A DNA stretch of 64,000 nt from contig CAWHAE010000016.1 of NCBI GenBank assembly GCA_963827235.1, positions 896,001 through 960,000 of the forward strand, written 5' to 3'. Both the position numbers and the translations under genes were made by a program. How positions within the stretch are numbered: position 1 is the stretch's first letter; the number at the start of each line of letters is the position of its first letter. Positions 1 to 10,521 of the stretch are shown in pieces. This stretch comes from an uncultured bacterium. GTDB taxonomy: Bacteria; Chloroflexota; UBA5177; JANWHV01. Below the pieces are notes generated by a model that saw nothing but the letters and a program-made list of their open reading frames with translations, was not told where the DNA came from and ran no database searches.

Positions 1-522
1 ACGCAGATCACCGTCCTGCAGGCTAGCCAGCACATAGCGCTAATGCCGTTGCCCGATCGCACTTACGGCGACGCGTCCTTCGTGGTGAGCGTAAGCGGCA
101 ATCTGGCTGGCACAGCGACCAGGTTCGCGGCCCGGGGCGCCTGCCGAGCCGGCGGTATGAACGGCAAAGTAATCAGCCTAACTGGCGCCGGCAGCTGTAC
201 GGTGGCGGCGACCCAGCCGGGAAGCCAGAACTACCGGGCAGCGACTGCTGCTGCAGCAACCTTCCGCATAGGAAAGGCCGCGCCACGAATCACGTGGTCG
301 AATCCGGCCGCGATCCTGGTAGGAACGCCGCTGGGCACGAGCCAGCTGAACGCCCGGGCTACCTTCGAGGGAAAGGTCCTGAAAGGGACGTATGTTTACG
401 CGCCCGCGGCCGGTACCAAGCTCTCGGCGGGAAAGCAGACGCTACGTGTGACCTTCACGCCGAGCGATCGCACGGACTTCACGACGGCCAGCGCAAGCAT
501 TTCCGTTTCCGTAGTCAAGTGA
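1..522 (+). CDS. C-terminal part of a large surface/secreted protein with Ig-like (MBG-like) repeats; 5' end lies outside the window
   Basis: Frame is open from base 1. The motif KAAPRITWSNPAAILVGTPLGTSQLNA...TLRVTFTPSD resembles Ig-like repeats of large surface proteins. Confidence 0.7.
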   Translation, partial: TQITVLQASQHIALMPLPDRTYGDASFVVSVSGNLAGTATRFAARGACRAGGMNGKVISLTGAGSCTVAATQPGSQNYRAATAAAATFRIGKAAPRITWSNPAAILVGTPLGTSQLNARATFEGKVLKGTYVYAPAAGTKLSAGKQTLRVTFTPSDRTDFTTASASISVSVVK

Positions 523-747
523 CGGGTGCCGCGTCGCGTGTGGAGGGGCCGGCCCGGACGGTGCTCGCGCGCCACGTGGCGCCCGCGTCGCCACGTACGG
601 TGAGCGTCGAGGGCAGCTCATTGGAGGGGCTCGTTTCGGCTCCGCCCGCGGCCACGCAGGTCGTCGCGTCTGGACAGGTCACGCAGTGCATGCACTTCCT
701 GGCGCCGGACGCCCGCTGTCGCCACGTACGGCCAGCATCCTTGCTGC

Positions 748-1140
748 CTACGCCACAGTGCCGTCAGGATACTGAGTCATCCCGGCAAAATGCACGGCGA
801 TCCGCCCCTCACGGAGCACCCAGCTGTCCGCGAAGCGCATATGCGCTTCGCCATCGGCAGTTTGCATCGTGATGTTCTCGACGATCATCAGCGTCTGCGG
901 ATCGGGCGTCTCCGCCCAGAAGGCAATGTCGGTTTCCAGGCCCTGAATGCCGAGAATGCCCTGCATGTGCTCCCGAATCTGATCCCGACCTTTGTAGATC
1001 AGCGGCTTTCTGGTAAAGCTGCTTATGAGCAGCGCGTCCTCTGTATATTGGTCGAGCAGCGCATCAATATTCTTGTCCAGAATATGCTGGATGTGCTGCC
1101 GGTACATGCGTCCAAGCGCCGTGTTCGGGACGTTCTCCAT
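748..1140 (-). CDS. SnoaL-like / NTF2-fold protein
   Basis: 130 aa; DALLDQYTEDA...GRDQIREH...FADSWVLREGRI pattern; GGAGGAG RBS upstream. Confidence 0.75.
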   Translation of the reverse strand: MENVPNTALGRMYRQHIQHILDKNIDALLDQYTEDALLISSFTRKPLIYKGRDQIREHMQGILGIQGLETDIAFWAETPDPQTLMIVENITMQTADGEAHMRFADSWVLREGRIAVHFAGMTQYPDGTVA

Positions 1141-1156
1141 TGTTGTCTCCTCCAGG

Positions 1157-2686
1157 TTAGCTGTGGGACGTGATCAGATCGGCAGCTTTCTCACCAATCA
1201 TGTAGCAGGCTGCCAGGGTGTTGCCGCTGGTTACCGTTGGCATCACCGAGGCATCGGCCACGCGGAGTCCTTCAACACCGCGCACGCGCAACTGCGGATC
1301 GACGACGCTATCGGCATCCTGCCCCATCTTGCACGTACCGGCGGGGTGCCACAGCGTCGAGACCTGCGAGCGAATAAACGACACCAGGTCGACATCAGGT
1401 CCCGGCACCAATTCACCGCCGTTCAGATCGGAGAACGCCTTCGTGTTTGCCAGTGTGCGAATGATCTTGACGGCTTGCACGAGCACGTCCACGTCTGTCT
1501 GCTCCCGCAAGTAGTTCGGGTTAATGACGGGATGGTCGCTCGGGTTTGCCGACCGAAGTCGAACCTCGCCGCGGCTTTCAGGCTGGACCATTATCGGCAA
1601 GAAGATCGAGGCAGGTCCTCCGAAGTCAAGAATCGGCGCCAACAAACTGGGCACGGCGGGCGTGAAGTTGAGCTGCAGGTCTGGGGGCGCGGATGGATTG
1701 TCAGGACGGGTTGACGTGAAGAGGGTATTACCTGTAAGCAGAGTAGGCATGGGCTGATCGGCTTTTGAGCGGTAGACGACCGGCAACTGCAGGTGGTCCT
1801 GCAGATTCTGCCCGACCCCCGGCAGATCGGCAACCACCGAGATCCCGTGTGCCTTCAGGTGGTCGGACGGGCCGATTCCCGAGAGCATCAGCAGTTTCGG
1901 CGACTGGAATGCGCCGGCGCTGACAATCACTTCCAGCAGCGAACCGGCCTGGAGAGTCTGACCATCCTGAAGGTACTCAACTCCAACGGCGCGCGTGCCA
2001 TCGAACACTATTCGCGAGACTTCGGCTCGCGTCTCCAGTCTGACATTTGGTCGCTTTAGCGCTGCAGAGAGAAACGCGCTTGCCGCGCTGCTGCGCTTTC
2101 CATTCTTGTCGATCGTGAATTGCAGGAGCCCAGCCCCGTCCTCCTGCCGAGCAGCGTTGTAGTCCCAGTTCGGCCCATTATAGCCCAGCTCAGTTGCTCC
2201 AACCATAAAAGCGTCGGAACGAGATGCGGTTTCATGATTAACCCGCACCTTGAGCGGCCCGCCGACCCCGTGAAACTCCGACTCGCCCTCCTGATAGTCC
2301 TCAGATCTCTTGAAATAGGGCAGGACGGCATCGTATCCCCAGCCAGGATTGCCGAGCGCTTGCCAGTGATCGAAGTTGCGGCGGTTACCGCGCACATACA
2401 TCAGGGCGTTGATCGCCGTGCTTCCGCCAAGAACTTTTCCCTGGTTGATCAGGATACTACGTCCGTTGAGACCCGATTGTTCCTCTGTACTGAACTTCCA
2501 GTCGATATCAGATCCCCATAATTGCACGAATCCACCAATATCGTAGATTCGCTGGTCCGCATCCATGGCGCCGGCCTCGAGAAGCAGCACCCTGCAATCG
2601 GGGTTGGCCGACAGACGTTCCGCGAGGACGCAACCTGCGGCCCCACCGCCAACGACGATGTAGTCAAAGGCAGCTACCGTTGTCAT
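1157..2686 (-). CDS. GMC-family FAD oxidoreductase
   Basis: FDYIVVGGGAAG FAD motif, GKVLGGSTAIN, C-terminal WHPAGTCKMG (His) and SGNT (Asn). Start placed at ATG 2686. Confidence 0.92.
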   Translation of the reverse strand: MTTVAAFDYIVVGGGAAGCVLAERLSANPDCRVLLLEAGAMDADQRIYDIGGFVQLWGSDIDWKFSTEEQSGLNGRSILINQGKVLGGSTAINALMYVRGNRRNFDHWQALGNPGWGYDAVLPYFKRSEDYQEGESEFHGVGGPLKVRVNHETASRSDAFMVGATELGYNGPNWDYNAARQEDGAGLLQFTIDKNGKRSSAASAFLSAALKRPNVRLETRAEVSRIVFDGTRAVGVEYLQDGQTLQAGSLLEVIVSAGAFQSPKLLMLSGIGPSDHLKAHGISVVADLPGVGQNLQDHLQLPVVYRSKADQPMPTLLTGNTLFTSTRPDNPSAPPDLQLNFTPAVPSLLAPILDFGGPASIFLPIMVQPESRGEVRLRSANPSDHPVINPNYLREQTDVDVLVQAVKIIRTLANTKAFSDLNGGELVPGPDVDLVSFIRSQVSTLWHPAGTCKMGQDADSVVDPQLRVRGVEGLRVADASVMPTVTSGNTLAACYMIGEKAADLITSHS

Positions 2687-2904
2687 GTTGTGCTCTTTTC
2701 TCAAGGCAGTGAACCACCGGTCGTACGACCGTGTCTCTTGCGCCGGGTCGGGATCGGACTTCGGAGTAGCTTCGTGACTTGAGACGCCTGATGGCGGCGT
2801 CCTTCACCCGATCAGCTCGCCCACAGGAAGAGGCATCACGCGCAGCCGGACCATACCAACGTCGACCACAGGCGGAGATACCGAAGGCAGTTGGTGGCCG
2901 GCGG

Positions 2905-3318
2905 CTACTTGGGCAACACCCCTAGCTGCTGCAGCAGGCCCAGGCTATCCTGGTTGACCCACATTTCGACGATCTTGTTGTTCTCGATACGGAAGATATC
3001 GATGCCTTGATCCGTGACGCGCTTACCCGTGGCCGGCCGCCCCAGGAACTCACCGGTGTTGGTAGCGATGTAGCTCCAGCGGCACGCCACCTCATCGCCC
3101 TCGGCGATCGACTGGTACAGCGTAAAGTGCACGTCAGGGAATGCGATCAGGGCAGTCTCAAACCATTTCCTGAGCGACGGCGGCTGGTGAGCTTGACCGC
3201 CAGGAAAGTGGAAGATGACCGGATCGACGGCAATCTCATCGATGACATCCTTCTTGTCGTTCCAGAGCTCCATCCAGTACCGGCGAACAAGCGCCTTGTT
3301 TTCCTCAATCGTTGCCAT
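2905..3318 (-). CDS. SnoaL-like ester cyclase family protein
   Basis: EENKALVRRY...AFPDVHF...IAEGDEVACRW...GEFLGRPATGK...KIVEMW. Confidence 0.88.
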   Translation of the reverse strand: MATIEENKALVRRYWMELWNDKKDVIDEIAVDPVIFHFPGGQAHQPPSLRKWFETALIAFPDVHFTLYQSIAEGDEVACRWSYIATNTGEFLGRPATGKRVTDQGIDIFRIENNKIVEMWVNQDSLGLLQQLGVLPK

Positions 3319-3519
3319 TAGGATCCTCGTTCCCGTACACGGCTGCTGCCGCCACTACGCCACCCCATCTGCCTGTAGCGGACTTCGATCTATCCGTGAG
3401 TCGCCCTCGTGTAGAGGGGAAGACTGACTCGTGGTATCACCATCCAGCGCGTCTGCGCGACGCGCTCAAGGCATGGTCGATTGATGCGTACATCCCGGTG
3501 AACGGCCTCTGGAACCTCT

Positions 3520-3957
3520 TTACGCTCCAGGAGGCGGGGGAACGACGCCGAGCTGCTGCAACAGGCCCAGCTCGTCGACATTTGCCCAGCGCTCCGCGAT
3601 CTTGCCGTTCTCCATGCGCACGATGGTCGTGCCGGTGAACGTGAGCTGTTTGCCCGAGGCCGGCATTCCCATCACCCCACCAGTGTCCGTGCCGGTAAGG
3701 TGCCAGCGATGCACGACCCGATCGGCGGTGAAGATCTGATCGTCGACGGTGAGCTGAATATTCGGCATCGCCGCGCGGAACATGCCCACGATATGGCGGA
3801 AACTCGCCGATCCCCGTTCTTGCTTATCCTTCCCGCCGACGGTAGAGTGGTCGACGGCGTCGGGAAGGATCAGCTCCTCCAGAAGGTCTCCCTTGTTCCA
3901 CGCCGAATCGAAGAAGCGCATGCAGATCGCGTTGTTCTCTTCCGGTGTGTGTGGCAT
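3520..3957 (-). CDS. SnoaL-like ester cyclase family protein
   Basis: EENNAICMRFF...AAMPNIQLTVDDQI...GMPASGK...GKIAERW. AAGGAG RBS supports a start at 3957 or 3960 rather than 4173. Confidence 0.87.
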   Translation of the reverse strand: MPHTPEENNAICMRFFDSAWNKGDLLEELILPDAVDHSTVGGKDKQERGSASFRHIVGMFRAAMPNIQLTVDDQIFTADRVVHRWHLTGTDTGGVMGMPASGKQLTFTGTTIVRMENGKIAERWANVDELGLLQQLGVVPPPPGA

Positions 3958-4093
3958 CACTGTCTCTCCTTGTCGTGCGTCCAAGCACGTGGTCTCGGTT
4001 CCTACAACCCAAGTCGCTGCTAGCAAGCAACAACGACGCTGCCCCGGATACGGAACGCCTGATCGGCGATGGCAGCCGGTTACACAGGCATAC

Positions 4094-4963
4094 CTACTGC
4101 TTGGCCTGCAGCTGCTGGAATAACCCGAAGTCGTTCTCGTTGACGTGAACGGTCTTGATCTTGCCGTTATCAAAGGTGAAGATATCTACGCCGTAATCCT
4201 GAATAGTGTTGCCGCTGGCCGCCATGCCGAGGAACTCGCCCTTGTGCGTGCCCTTGATCCACCAGCGCACTGCCACCTTGTTGTCGACGGCGATCTCCCG
4301 CTCGACGCTAAACGTGATATCGGGGAAGGCGTTGCGCAGGTAGGAGACAAAGTCACGCATATTCGCGTACCCGGCGATCGGTGCGGGCTGAGTGGGAATG
4401 ATGAACTGGAAATCGGGCGTCATGATCTGCTCGATCACTTCCAGCTTACCCTGGTTCATCACCTCGTCGAAGTAGCGGTGGGCAACCTTCGTATTCTGCT
4501 CGGGAGTTGACGCAAGCAGCGGGCTGGTGGGAATTATGCCCAGTTGGTTGAACATGCCCACCGTGTCTTCGTTGCCGAGCGCCTCGACGATCTGACCGTT
4601 TTCCATGCGGTGCCATGTCATGCCGTCGATCTCGAACTTCCGACCGCTGGCCGGGATATCGCCGGCGACCGTGTGGATCGCCGCGCCGAGGTGTGTGCCG
4701 CCTCCGCGCCAGCGTGTGACGACGGTGTCGCCGAAAGCCACCATGTCCTGCGGATGGATGTAGAAATCCGGGAAGCAGCTATGCAGCATCGTGACCAACT
4801 CTTTGAAACCGTCCGGCCCGTGATAGGGCTCAGGGTGCGTGGGCAGGGTAAAGACGTTAGTCGGCGCGATGAGCTCGTACAGGCTCGCCAGGTTGCCGTC
4901 GGTCATGATCTCCCTGAAGTAGCGCAGGGCAATGTACTTGTTCCGGATGGCTGTCGCACTCAA
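4094..4963 (-). CDS. Tandem two-domain SnoaL-like ester cyclase
   Basis: Two copies of the NK...RYF.E...FPD...RW...GTH.G...ASG unit; TTG start with GAGGAG RBS. Confidence 0.88.
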   Translation of the reverse strand: MSATAIRNKYIALRYFREIMTDGNLASLYELIAPTNVFTLPTHPEPYHGPDGFKELVTMLHSCFPDFYIHPQDMVAFGDTVVTRWRGGGTHLGAAIHTVAGDIPASGRKFEIDGMTWHRMENGQIVEALGNEDTVGMFNQLGIIPTSPLLASTPEQNTKVAHRYFDEVMNQGKLEVIEQIMTPDFQFIIPTQPAPIAGYANMRDFVSYLRNAFPDITFSVEREIAVDNKVAVRWWIKGTHKGEFLGMAASGNTIQDYGVDIFTFDNGKIKTVHVNENDFGLFQQLQAKQ

Positions 4964-5215
4964 GACGCACGCTCCTCACTGGCTGACAGGAAGTGCCTCA
5001 GTCCCGCCCGCTGTCTCAACGATTATGACACGATTCTACAGGCTAAAGTGCTAATACTCAACTATAGGCCGCCGCTTGCCCGGGCTCATCCGTGAGCAAG
5101 GATGGTAGTATCGGAGCAGGGTGAACAAGGTGGTGAGGTGCTACGCCTGTCTTGGGGTCGCGGCGAGTGCGACCAAGGAACCCAGAGTACTGATGAGTTG
5201 GCAAGGAGGACCGGG

Positions 5216-5611
5216 ATGCCGCAGAAGGAGATCGAGGTCATATTAACCCGGCAGCTGGCGAGTTACCTCGCGGTGCCGGTCCTCATCGTGGATCCGGCTG
5301 GGACATTGCTCTACTTCAACGAGCCGGCGGAGACGATCCTTGCCAGGCGCTTCGACGAGACCGGCGAGATGCCCGCCGCCGAGTGGTCCACCATCTTCGT
5401 GCCGACAGACGAGGAGGGCGAGCCTCTGCCGCCCACGGAATTGCCGCTGCTGAGCGCCCTTACGGACAACCGGCCCGTCCATCGCCGGATGCGTATCTGT
5501 GGCCTCGATCGCGTGACCAGGCACGTGGAGATTACCACGTTCCCACTTGTCGGCACGGCGGGCCGCTGCCTGGGAGCCGTTGCCCTCTTCTGGGAGGTAT
5601 CGGCACCATGA
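5216..5611 (+). CDS. Stand-alone PAS-domain protein
   Basis: PVLIVDPAGTLLYFNEPAETILA PAS motif; AAGGAGG RBS before ATG 5216; its stop overlaps the next start (ATGA). Confidence 0.8.
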   Translation: MPQKEIEVILTRQLASYLAVPVLIVDPAGTLLYFNEPAETILARRFDETGEMPAAEWSTIFVPTDEEGEPLPPTELPLLSALTDNRPVHRRMRICGLDRVTRHVEITTFPLVGTAGRCLGAVALFWEVSAP

Positions 5612-6450
5612 AAGTCACGCTCTGGGGCACCCGCGGGTCCCTGCCGACGCCTGGTCCGGAGACGGTGCGCTACGGCGGCAATACGTCATGCGTTGAGGTT
5701 CGGGCGACCGATGGCGCGGTGCTGGTTCTGGACGCCGGCACGGGAATACGGCGGCTCGGTGCCTCGTTGGCCGGATCGGTGCGTCGCGTGGACTTGCTGC
5801 TCACGCACCTGCACATGGACCATATCCAGGGTTTGGGCTTCTTCGCGCCCCTGTTCGACCCGCGGGTCTCAGTACACCTGTGGGGTCCGGCCAGCATCAC
5901 ACAAAGCTTGGGCGACCGCCTGGGCCGCTATCTGTCGCCACCGCTGTTCCCAGTACATCTGCGGGACCTACCGTGTACCCTTCAGATCCACGAAGTGCCC
6001 CGCGAGGAGATCAGGATCGGGCCCTTCCGCGTGGTAGCACAGGTGGTCTGCCATCCCAATGCGACGGTCGGCTATCGGATCACACAGGGAAACGCCACGC
6101 TTGCCTACCTGCCCGACCATGAGCCGACACTCGGCTTGCGCGCCGGATACCTGGGCGGCGACTGGACCTCGGGCTACGGCCTCGCGGTCGGGGCCGACCT
6201 GCTCATCCACGATGCACAGTACACCGCGCGCGAGTATGCCGAGCGGGTCGGCTGGGGGCACAGTGCGATGCCGGACGCATTTGCCTTTGCGGCGTTGGCC
6301 GGGGTGAAACACCTGGTGCCGTTCCATCACGACCCGGACCACAGCGACGGCGATATCGACAGAATGATCACCTCGACCATCGCGCTGACCGATCCGCCCT
6401 TCACGGTGACGGCCGGCGCGGAAGGCAGCACGTTCGATCTCGAACGGTGA
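5608..6450 (+). CDS. Metallo-beta-lactamase-fold hydrolase, possibly a cyclic-nucleotide phosphodiesterase
   Basis: WGTRGS, YGGNTSCVE, LDAGTG, THLHMDH (HxHxDH), HDAQY, WGHS, FHHDP. Confidence 0.88.
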   Translation: MKVTLWGTRGSLPTPGPETVRYGGNTSCVEVRATDGAVLVLDAGTGIRRLGASLAGSVRRVDLLLTHLHMDHIQGLGFFAPLFDPRVSVHLWGPASITQSLGDRLGRYLSPPLFPVHLRDLPCTLQIHEVPREEIRIGPFRVVAQVVCHPNATVGYRITQGNATLAYLPDHEPTLGLRAGYLGGDWTSGYGLAVGADLLIHDAQYTAREYAERVGWGHSAMPDAFAFAALAGVKHLVPFHHDPDHSDGDIDRMITSTIALTDPPFTVTAGAEGSTFDLER

Positions 6451-6542
6451 AAGCTCGGCCCGCCCGGCCCTGACCGCGTCATTGCCTCGCCGGAGAGCCG
6501 GTATAGGCAGGTTGTGTATCGATTACCGTCGTTGTAGTTCTC

Positions 6543-6983
6543 TCAGACAATTCGGCAACAGGTAGCGTCGTCGTGCAGGTGCTCGACCAGACCGCAGCTC
6601 TCGCGCCCTTTCGAGAACCTGACCAAGAATCTGGCTGCGGCCGGAGTCTCGGCCCATGGTCTGGTTGTGAATAGCACGCTGGCGATCGCGGCGGAGCAGG
6701 TGCAGAACGACGGCGAAGCGACCAGCAGTACGGCCGGCGCGCCGCGTATGGCGTCGCGCAGCGCCTGCTCCCAGCTTTGGTGTCGCGCCCGCGAAGCTTG
6801 CTGGTCCAGCCAGATCGCGATGTCGCGATGCTGCAGTTCGGCACTGAGCAGGTCCAGGCGCGCAGGATCCGCTTTAGTGCGGATCATACGGTTGAGCCAC
6901 TGCTTGCATGCGGAGGTGCCGCTGCTCAGTGCAGAGTCAGCCTGGCTCCCAGTCGTGCGCGGTGCCTCAGCCACTACCGGCAT
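6543..6983 (-). pseudogene. Degenerate TIR-domain remnant
   Basis: The central segment LSAELQHRDIAIWLDQQ...SWEQALRDAIRGAPAVLLVASP resembles TIR_2. The N-terminal FISY motif and the catalytic Glu region are missing. Confidence 0.5.
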
Positions 6984-8888
6984 TCAGTCGGGTGGTCGTC
7001 GCGGGAGCGTTATGCCTGGGTAGCTGGCGCACCAGTCGACGTTTGCTCCAGCGGTGGGCCGAGTGCCATAGACACGGACGGCGGTTGCCCGGCCTTTGAC
7101 GTGGACTTCTCCGAGCGCTGTGGGCGCGAGCTCTGCTGTCAGCTCGGGCGCTAACGACTCGACGACGGCCGCGCTGGCTACGATGGAGAAGCCGGCCTCC
7201 TTGGTGTAGCTCTCCAGGCGCGAGGCAGTGTTGACCGTATCGCCGATCGCGGAGTATTCGCGCTTTGACGGCGCACCCATGACCCCAACTGCCGCCGGAC
7301 CGTGATGCAGTCCGATTCCGATGGCAATCCGCAGGCCGAATGTGCTCGCGAATTCCTCGTTGAGGGCGAGCAGCCGCCGCTGCATGCCAAGAGCTGCGCG
7401 AACGGCCTTGGTTTGAGGCTCGGCAAGATCGGATGGAGCACCGAACAGCGCCATAACGGCGTCTCCCACGTACTTGTCCACCGTGCCATCCTGGCGCTGG
7501 ATTTCCTCCACCATGGCGCTGAAGTAACGGCTCAAAAGCCGCACGATCGCCTGCGGCGGCAGCCCTTCAGAGAGCGTTGTGAAGCCACGGATGTCGGAGA
7601 ATAGCACCGTGATCTCGCGCACCTCGCCTTCCAGACCAAAGGCGTCCGGATCGTCGAGGATGCGCGACACGACTCCAGGCGCTACATACCGGCCGAACAG
7701 CGAGCGAAGCTCCCGATGTGCGCGCTGCTCGGTAGAGAACCGCGCCCCAAGCACCGAGAGCGGCGAAAGCACGAGGGCAACTGTAGGCGCGCTCACGTCG
7801 ATCCATGTATTGAAGAGCAGGAAGGCTGCGATGCTTGCAGCAGCCGCGAGCACGGTGAGGCCGGCGATGACCAGCAAGGTTGTCAGGAGCCGGGCGCGGA
7901 TCGCCCAACCGGCGACCAACGCCGCGAGTGGGAAGGTAAGCAAGATCTGCGTCGGGGTCCCAGGCCTCTGCAACGGATCGTGTTCCAGCATTGTGTTGAG
8001 AGCGTTGGCATTGAGCTCTATGCCGTACATGACGTCGGCGCCGCCATTGGCCTGTGAGACACCGCTATCAACAGGCGTGGAGAAATAGTCCTTGTCAACG
8101 CTGAGCTCATCGCCGACGGCCACGATCGCACCCTTGATTGCCGCGAGATTCTGTGTGCCATCCAGCACCGAGGCAAGCGAATAGGTCGGATACGTGGCGC
8201 CTGCAGGTCCTGCGAAATCGATCAGAAACGTGCCGCTGCTCGTATTCGGGTGCTCGCCCAGCGCTAGGGCAGCAGCGAGGGCAAATGATGGTGGTGCATG
8301 GCCCGCGGCATTCTGTGCGGCATCGATCCAATAGTTGTATTCGCGATAGCGGGCGAGCGGGTCGCGGCCGTCCGGCGGCGGGAGATTGACCACGCCAATT
8401 CCACGAGCGGCCGCTGCTATGCTGCTTTCAAGGGGCACCAAGCTCAACGAATTCGTGTACAGGGTCGAGCCCACGGCGATTTCCTGAGCCAGGACCACGT
8501 TGCCTGCACGACGTATAGCGCTGCTCAACTGCGCCGTGCCGCTGCGGCTGTCTTCGTACAGGCGGTCAAGCATGATCAAGCGTGCACCGGCCGAGTGAAG
8601 GCGGTCCACGAGCTGCGCGGTTGCAGCGCGCGACCAGCCGTCAAGTACCTGGTCGCTGTGTTGATCATACGCCACGATCACAATCGGGACCCGAGGCGGG
8701 TCCAGCCCTGCCTGGTGCCTCAGGGCAAATAGCTGGCTTTGCCAGGCGAGGTCCAGAGGCTCGAAGGCGCCGCGCAGAGCCAGGGATCCGCACACGATGA
8801 GCACCGCGAGGGCGGCAGCCACGCAGGCGATGCGAGTGTTGCGGCGCGCGCGCCGCGCCGGCCCACTATGTATTCGCTTCTCGGGCAC
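6984..8888 (-). CDS. CHASE2-domain membrane class III adenylate cyclase
   Basis: N-terminal TM, CHASE2 (IVIVAYD...W.RA...MYGIELNANAL), 3 TMs, catalytic LFSDIRGFT, DKYVGDAVMA, YSAIGDTVNTASRLE. Confidence 0.93.
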   Translation of the reverse strand: MPEKRIHSGPARRARRNTRIACVAAALAVLIVCGSLALRGAFEPLDLAWQSQLFALRHQAGLDPPRVPIVIVAYDQHSDQVLDGWSRAATAQLVDRLHSAGARLIMLDRLYEDSRSGTAQLSSAIRRAGNVVLAQEIAVGSTLYTNSLSLVPLESSIAAAARGIGVVNLPPPDGRDPLARYREYNYWIDAAQNAAGHAPPSFALAAALALGEHPNTSSGTFLIDFAGPAGATYPTYSLASVLDGTQNLAAIKGAIVAVGDELSVDKDYFSTPVDSGVSQANGGADVMYGIELNANALNTMLEHDPLQRPGTPTQILLTFPLAALVAGWAIRARLLTTLLVIAGLTVLAAAASIAAFLLFNTWIDVSAPTVALVLSPLSVLGARFSTEQRAHRELRSLFGRYVAPGVVSRILDDPDAFGLEGEVREITVLFSDIRGFTTLSEGLPPQAIVRLLSRYFSAMVEEIQRQDGTVDKYVGDAVMALFGAPSDLAEPQTKAVRAALGMQRRLLALNEEFASTFGLRIAIGIGLHHGPAAVGVMGAPSKREYSAIGDTVNTASRLESYTKEAGFSIVASAAVVESLAPELTAELAPTALGEVHVKGRATAVRVYGTRPTAGANVDWCASYPGITLPRRPPD

Positions 8889-9037
8889 GTCTAGCTCCTG
8901 ACGTCAGATCGCTCGCAGGCCGCGCCCATTGCCCGGCCCCCACCAAACTCGCGACGCATGGCGAAGAGCAGGCGGAGCTACCGTCCGCCATTACCAATCC
9001 ATGCGCCGGATGACCACTGCGTACACACGGCACCGCT

Positions 9038-10521
9038 TTAGGAAGCCGCTGCCACGGTAATCTGTGTTGAAAGCTGGAGACCACTTGTCTGTCCGGTAGC
9101 AGCTACCGTGTGTGTGCCCGCCGGCTCGGTCGGCGGAATAGTGACTCGTGCGCTAAACGTGCCATCGGCAAGAACGGAAGGCGAGGCTACTTGGGTGCCG
9201 TCAAGTGTGATTAGCACGACCTCGGAAGCCTGGAAACCGGTGCCGCTGATGGCCACCACTTGACCAGGCGTGATGACAGACTGGTTGCCCGGTACCAGGG
9301 ACGAAAACGCGATATGTAACGTGGGCAGTGGGAGCCGGTGTCGCGGCCGCGGTCGGCGTGCCTGGCGGCCCGACCGGCACGGTCGCCGTAGTCGTAGGCG
9401 TGACCGTCGGAGTAACTATGGCCGTCGCCGTGAGGGTGGCTGTCATGGTCGGCGTGAGGGTGGCTGTCATGGTCGGCGTGATGGTGGCCGTCGCCGAAGG
9501 AGTGGCCGGCTGCGTGTAGGTGCAGTCACCGTCGGCGTCGCGGTCTTCGTCGGCGTATTCGTAGCCACCTCGCCGGCGGAATCAGGCTCGCCGGCAGCAC
9601 GGCCGCGGTGGTGTTCGGCAGCATCTTCACCCACGCCACCACCCTGCGCACATCCACGTTCGTAGGCGCGGTCGGCGCCCGGTTAGCCACTACCGTCGTC
9701 TGCTGACCGGCGCTCACCAGCGTCGAGCGCTTCTGATTGGTCACCTGCACCCGCCCCTCCACCACGGTGACTACAAACGAGCGGCTTTTCGCGTTGTAGC
9801 GTACGTCGAATCGGGTGCCCTTGGTGGCCGCCAACGCGGTGCCTGCCTGCACCTGGTGGCTCGTTGCCCCGTGCACCACTGCCAGGAACAACTCCCCACC
9901 GTTAATCGTCGTGTGCAGCGGGTCCTTGATCAGCACGTCGGTATTGCTGTTCAGGTCAAGCAGCGTGCCATCCCGCGTCTCGAGCGAGGCAAGTTGCGCT
10001 CGCCCTGTCAACGCGTGATAGTTCGCCAGCAAGTCACTGCCCACCGTGCCCGGTTGGAGCTTCGCATGCGGGGGTAGGATACCCATGCCACGCACGATCG
10101 CCGCCACCGAGACCGGCGGACCCAGCACAATCGGCACCCGAAGCGTGGCCACGCTAAACCCCGAGGCGCTGACACGCACCGTGGCGGCGCCCAGCGCGCT
10201 GGCATGGACCATTATGGCCAGCGCGCCATGCGCCGCGGTTCCCTGCAGCAGTTTGCCGACCCCGCTAACGCTGACGTGCGCCGAGACCGGCTTGTTCCCC
10301 GGGCCCGTCACCACCACGTGCAGCAGGACGTCCCGACCGATTTTGATTTGATTCGGCGTGACCGTCACATGCAGAGCGACCGTCTGCGCGGGCTGGGACT
10401 CCGCCGCACGAGCGGGCGCCGCAGTCGGCCCCTGCAACGCAACCAGCAGCGACACGAGTGCGACCAGCACGACACGACCGAGACTACGCAAGAGCACTCC
10501 GGAGGGTGGGGCGGGTTGCAA
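9038..10521 (-). pseudogene. Secreted Ig-like + FecR-domain protein with a Thr/Pro linker and C-terminal Ig-like domain; broken by about 3 frameshifts (pseudogene or sequencing error)
   Basis: Signal peptide; FecR motifs DGTLLDLNSNT and ATKGTRFDV...VTVVEGRVQV. The reading continues across frames near 9575, 9515 and 9335 into T/P repeats and VAISGTGF...DGTFSARVTIP. Confidence 0.7.
9429..9492. repeat. 24-bp tandem repeat (2 exact copies plus a partial one) encoding TPTMTATL linker units
   Basis: cgtgagggtggctgtcatggtcgg at 9429-9452 and 9453-9476, followed by a degenerate copy. Confidence 0.85.
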
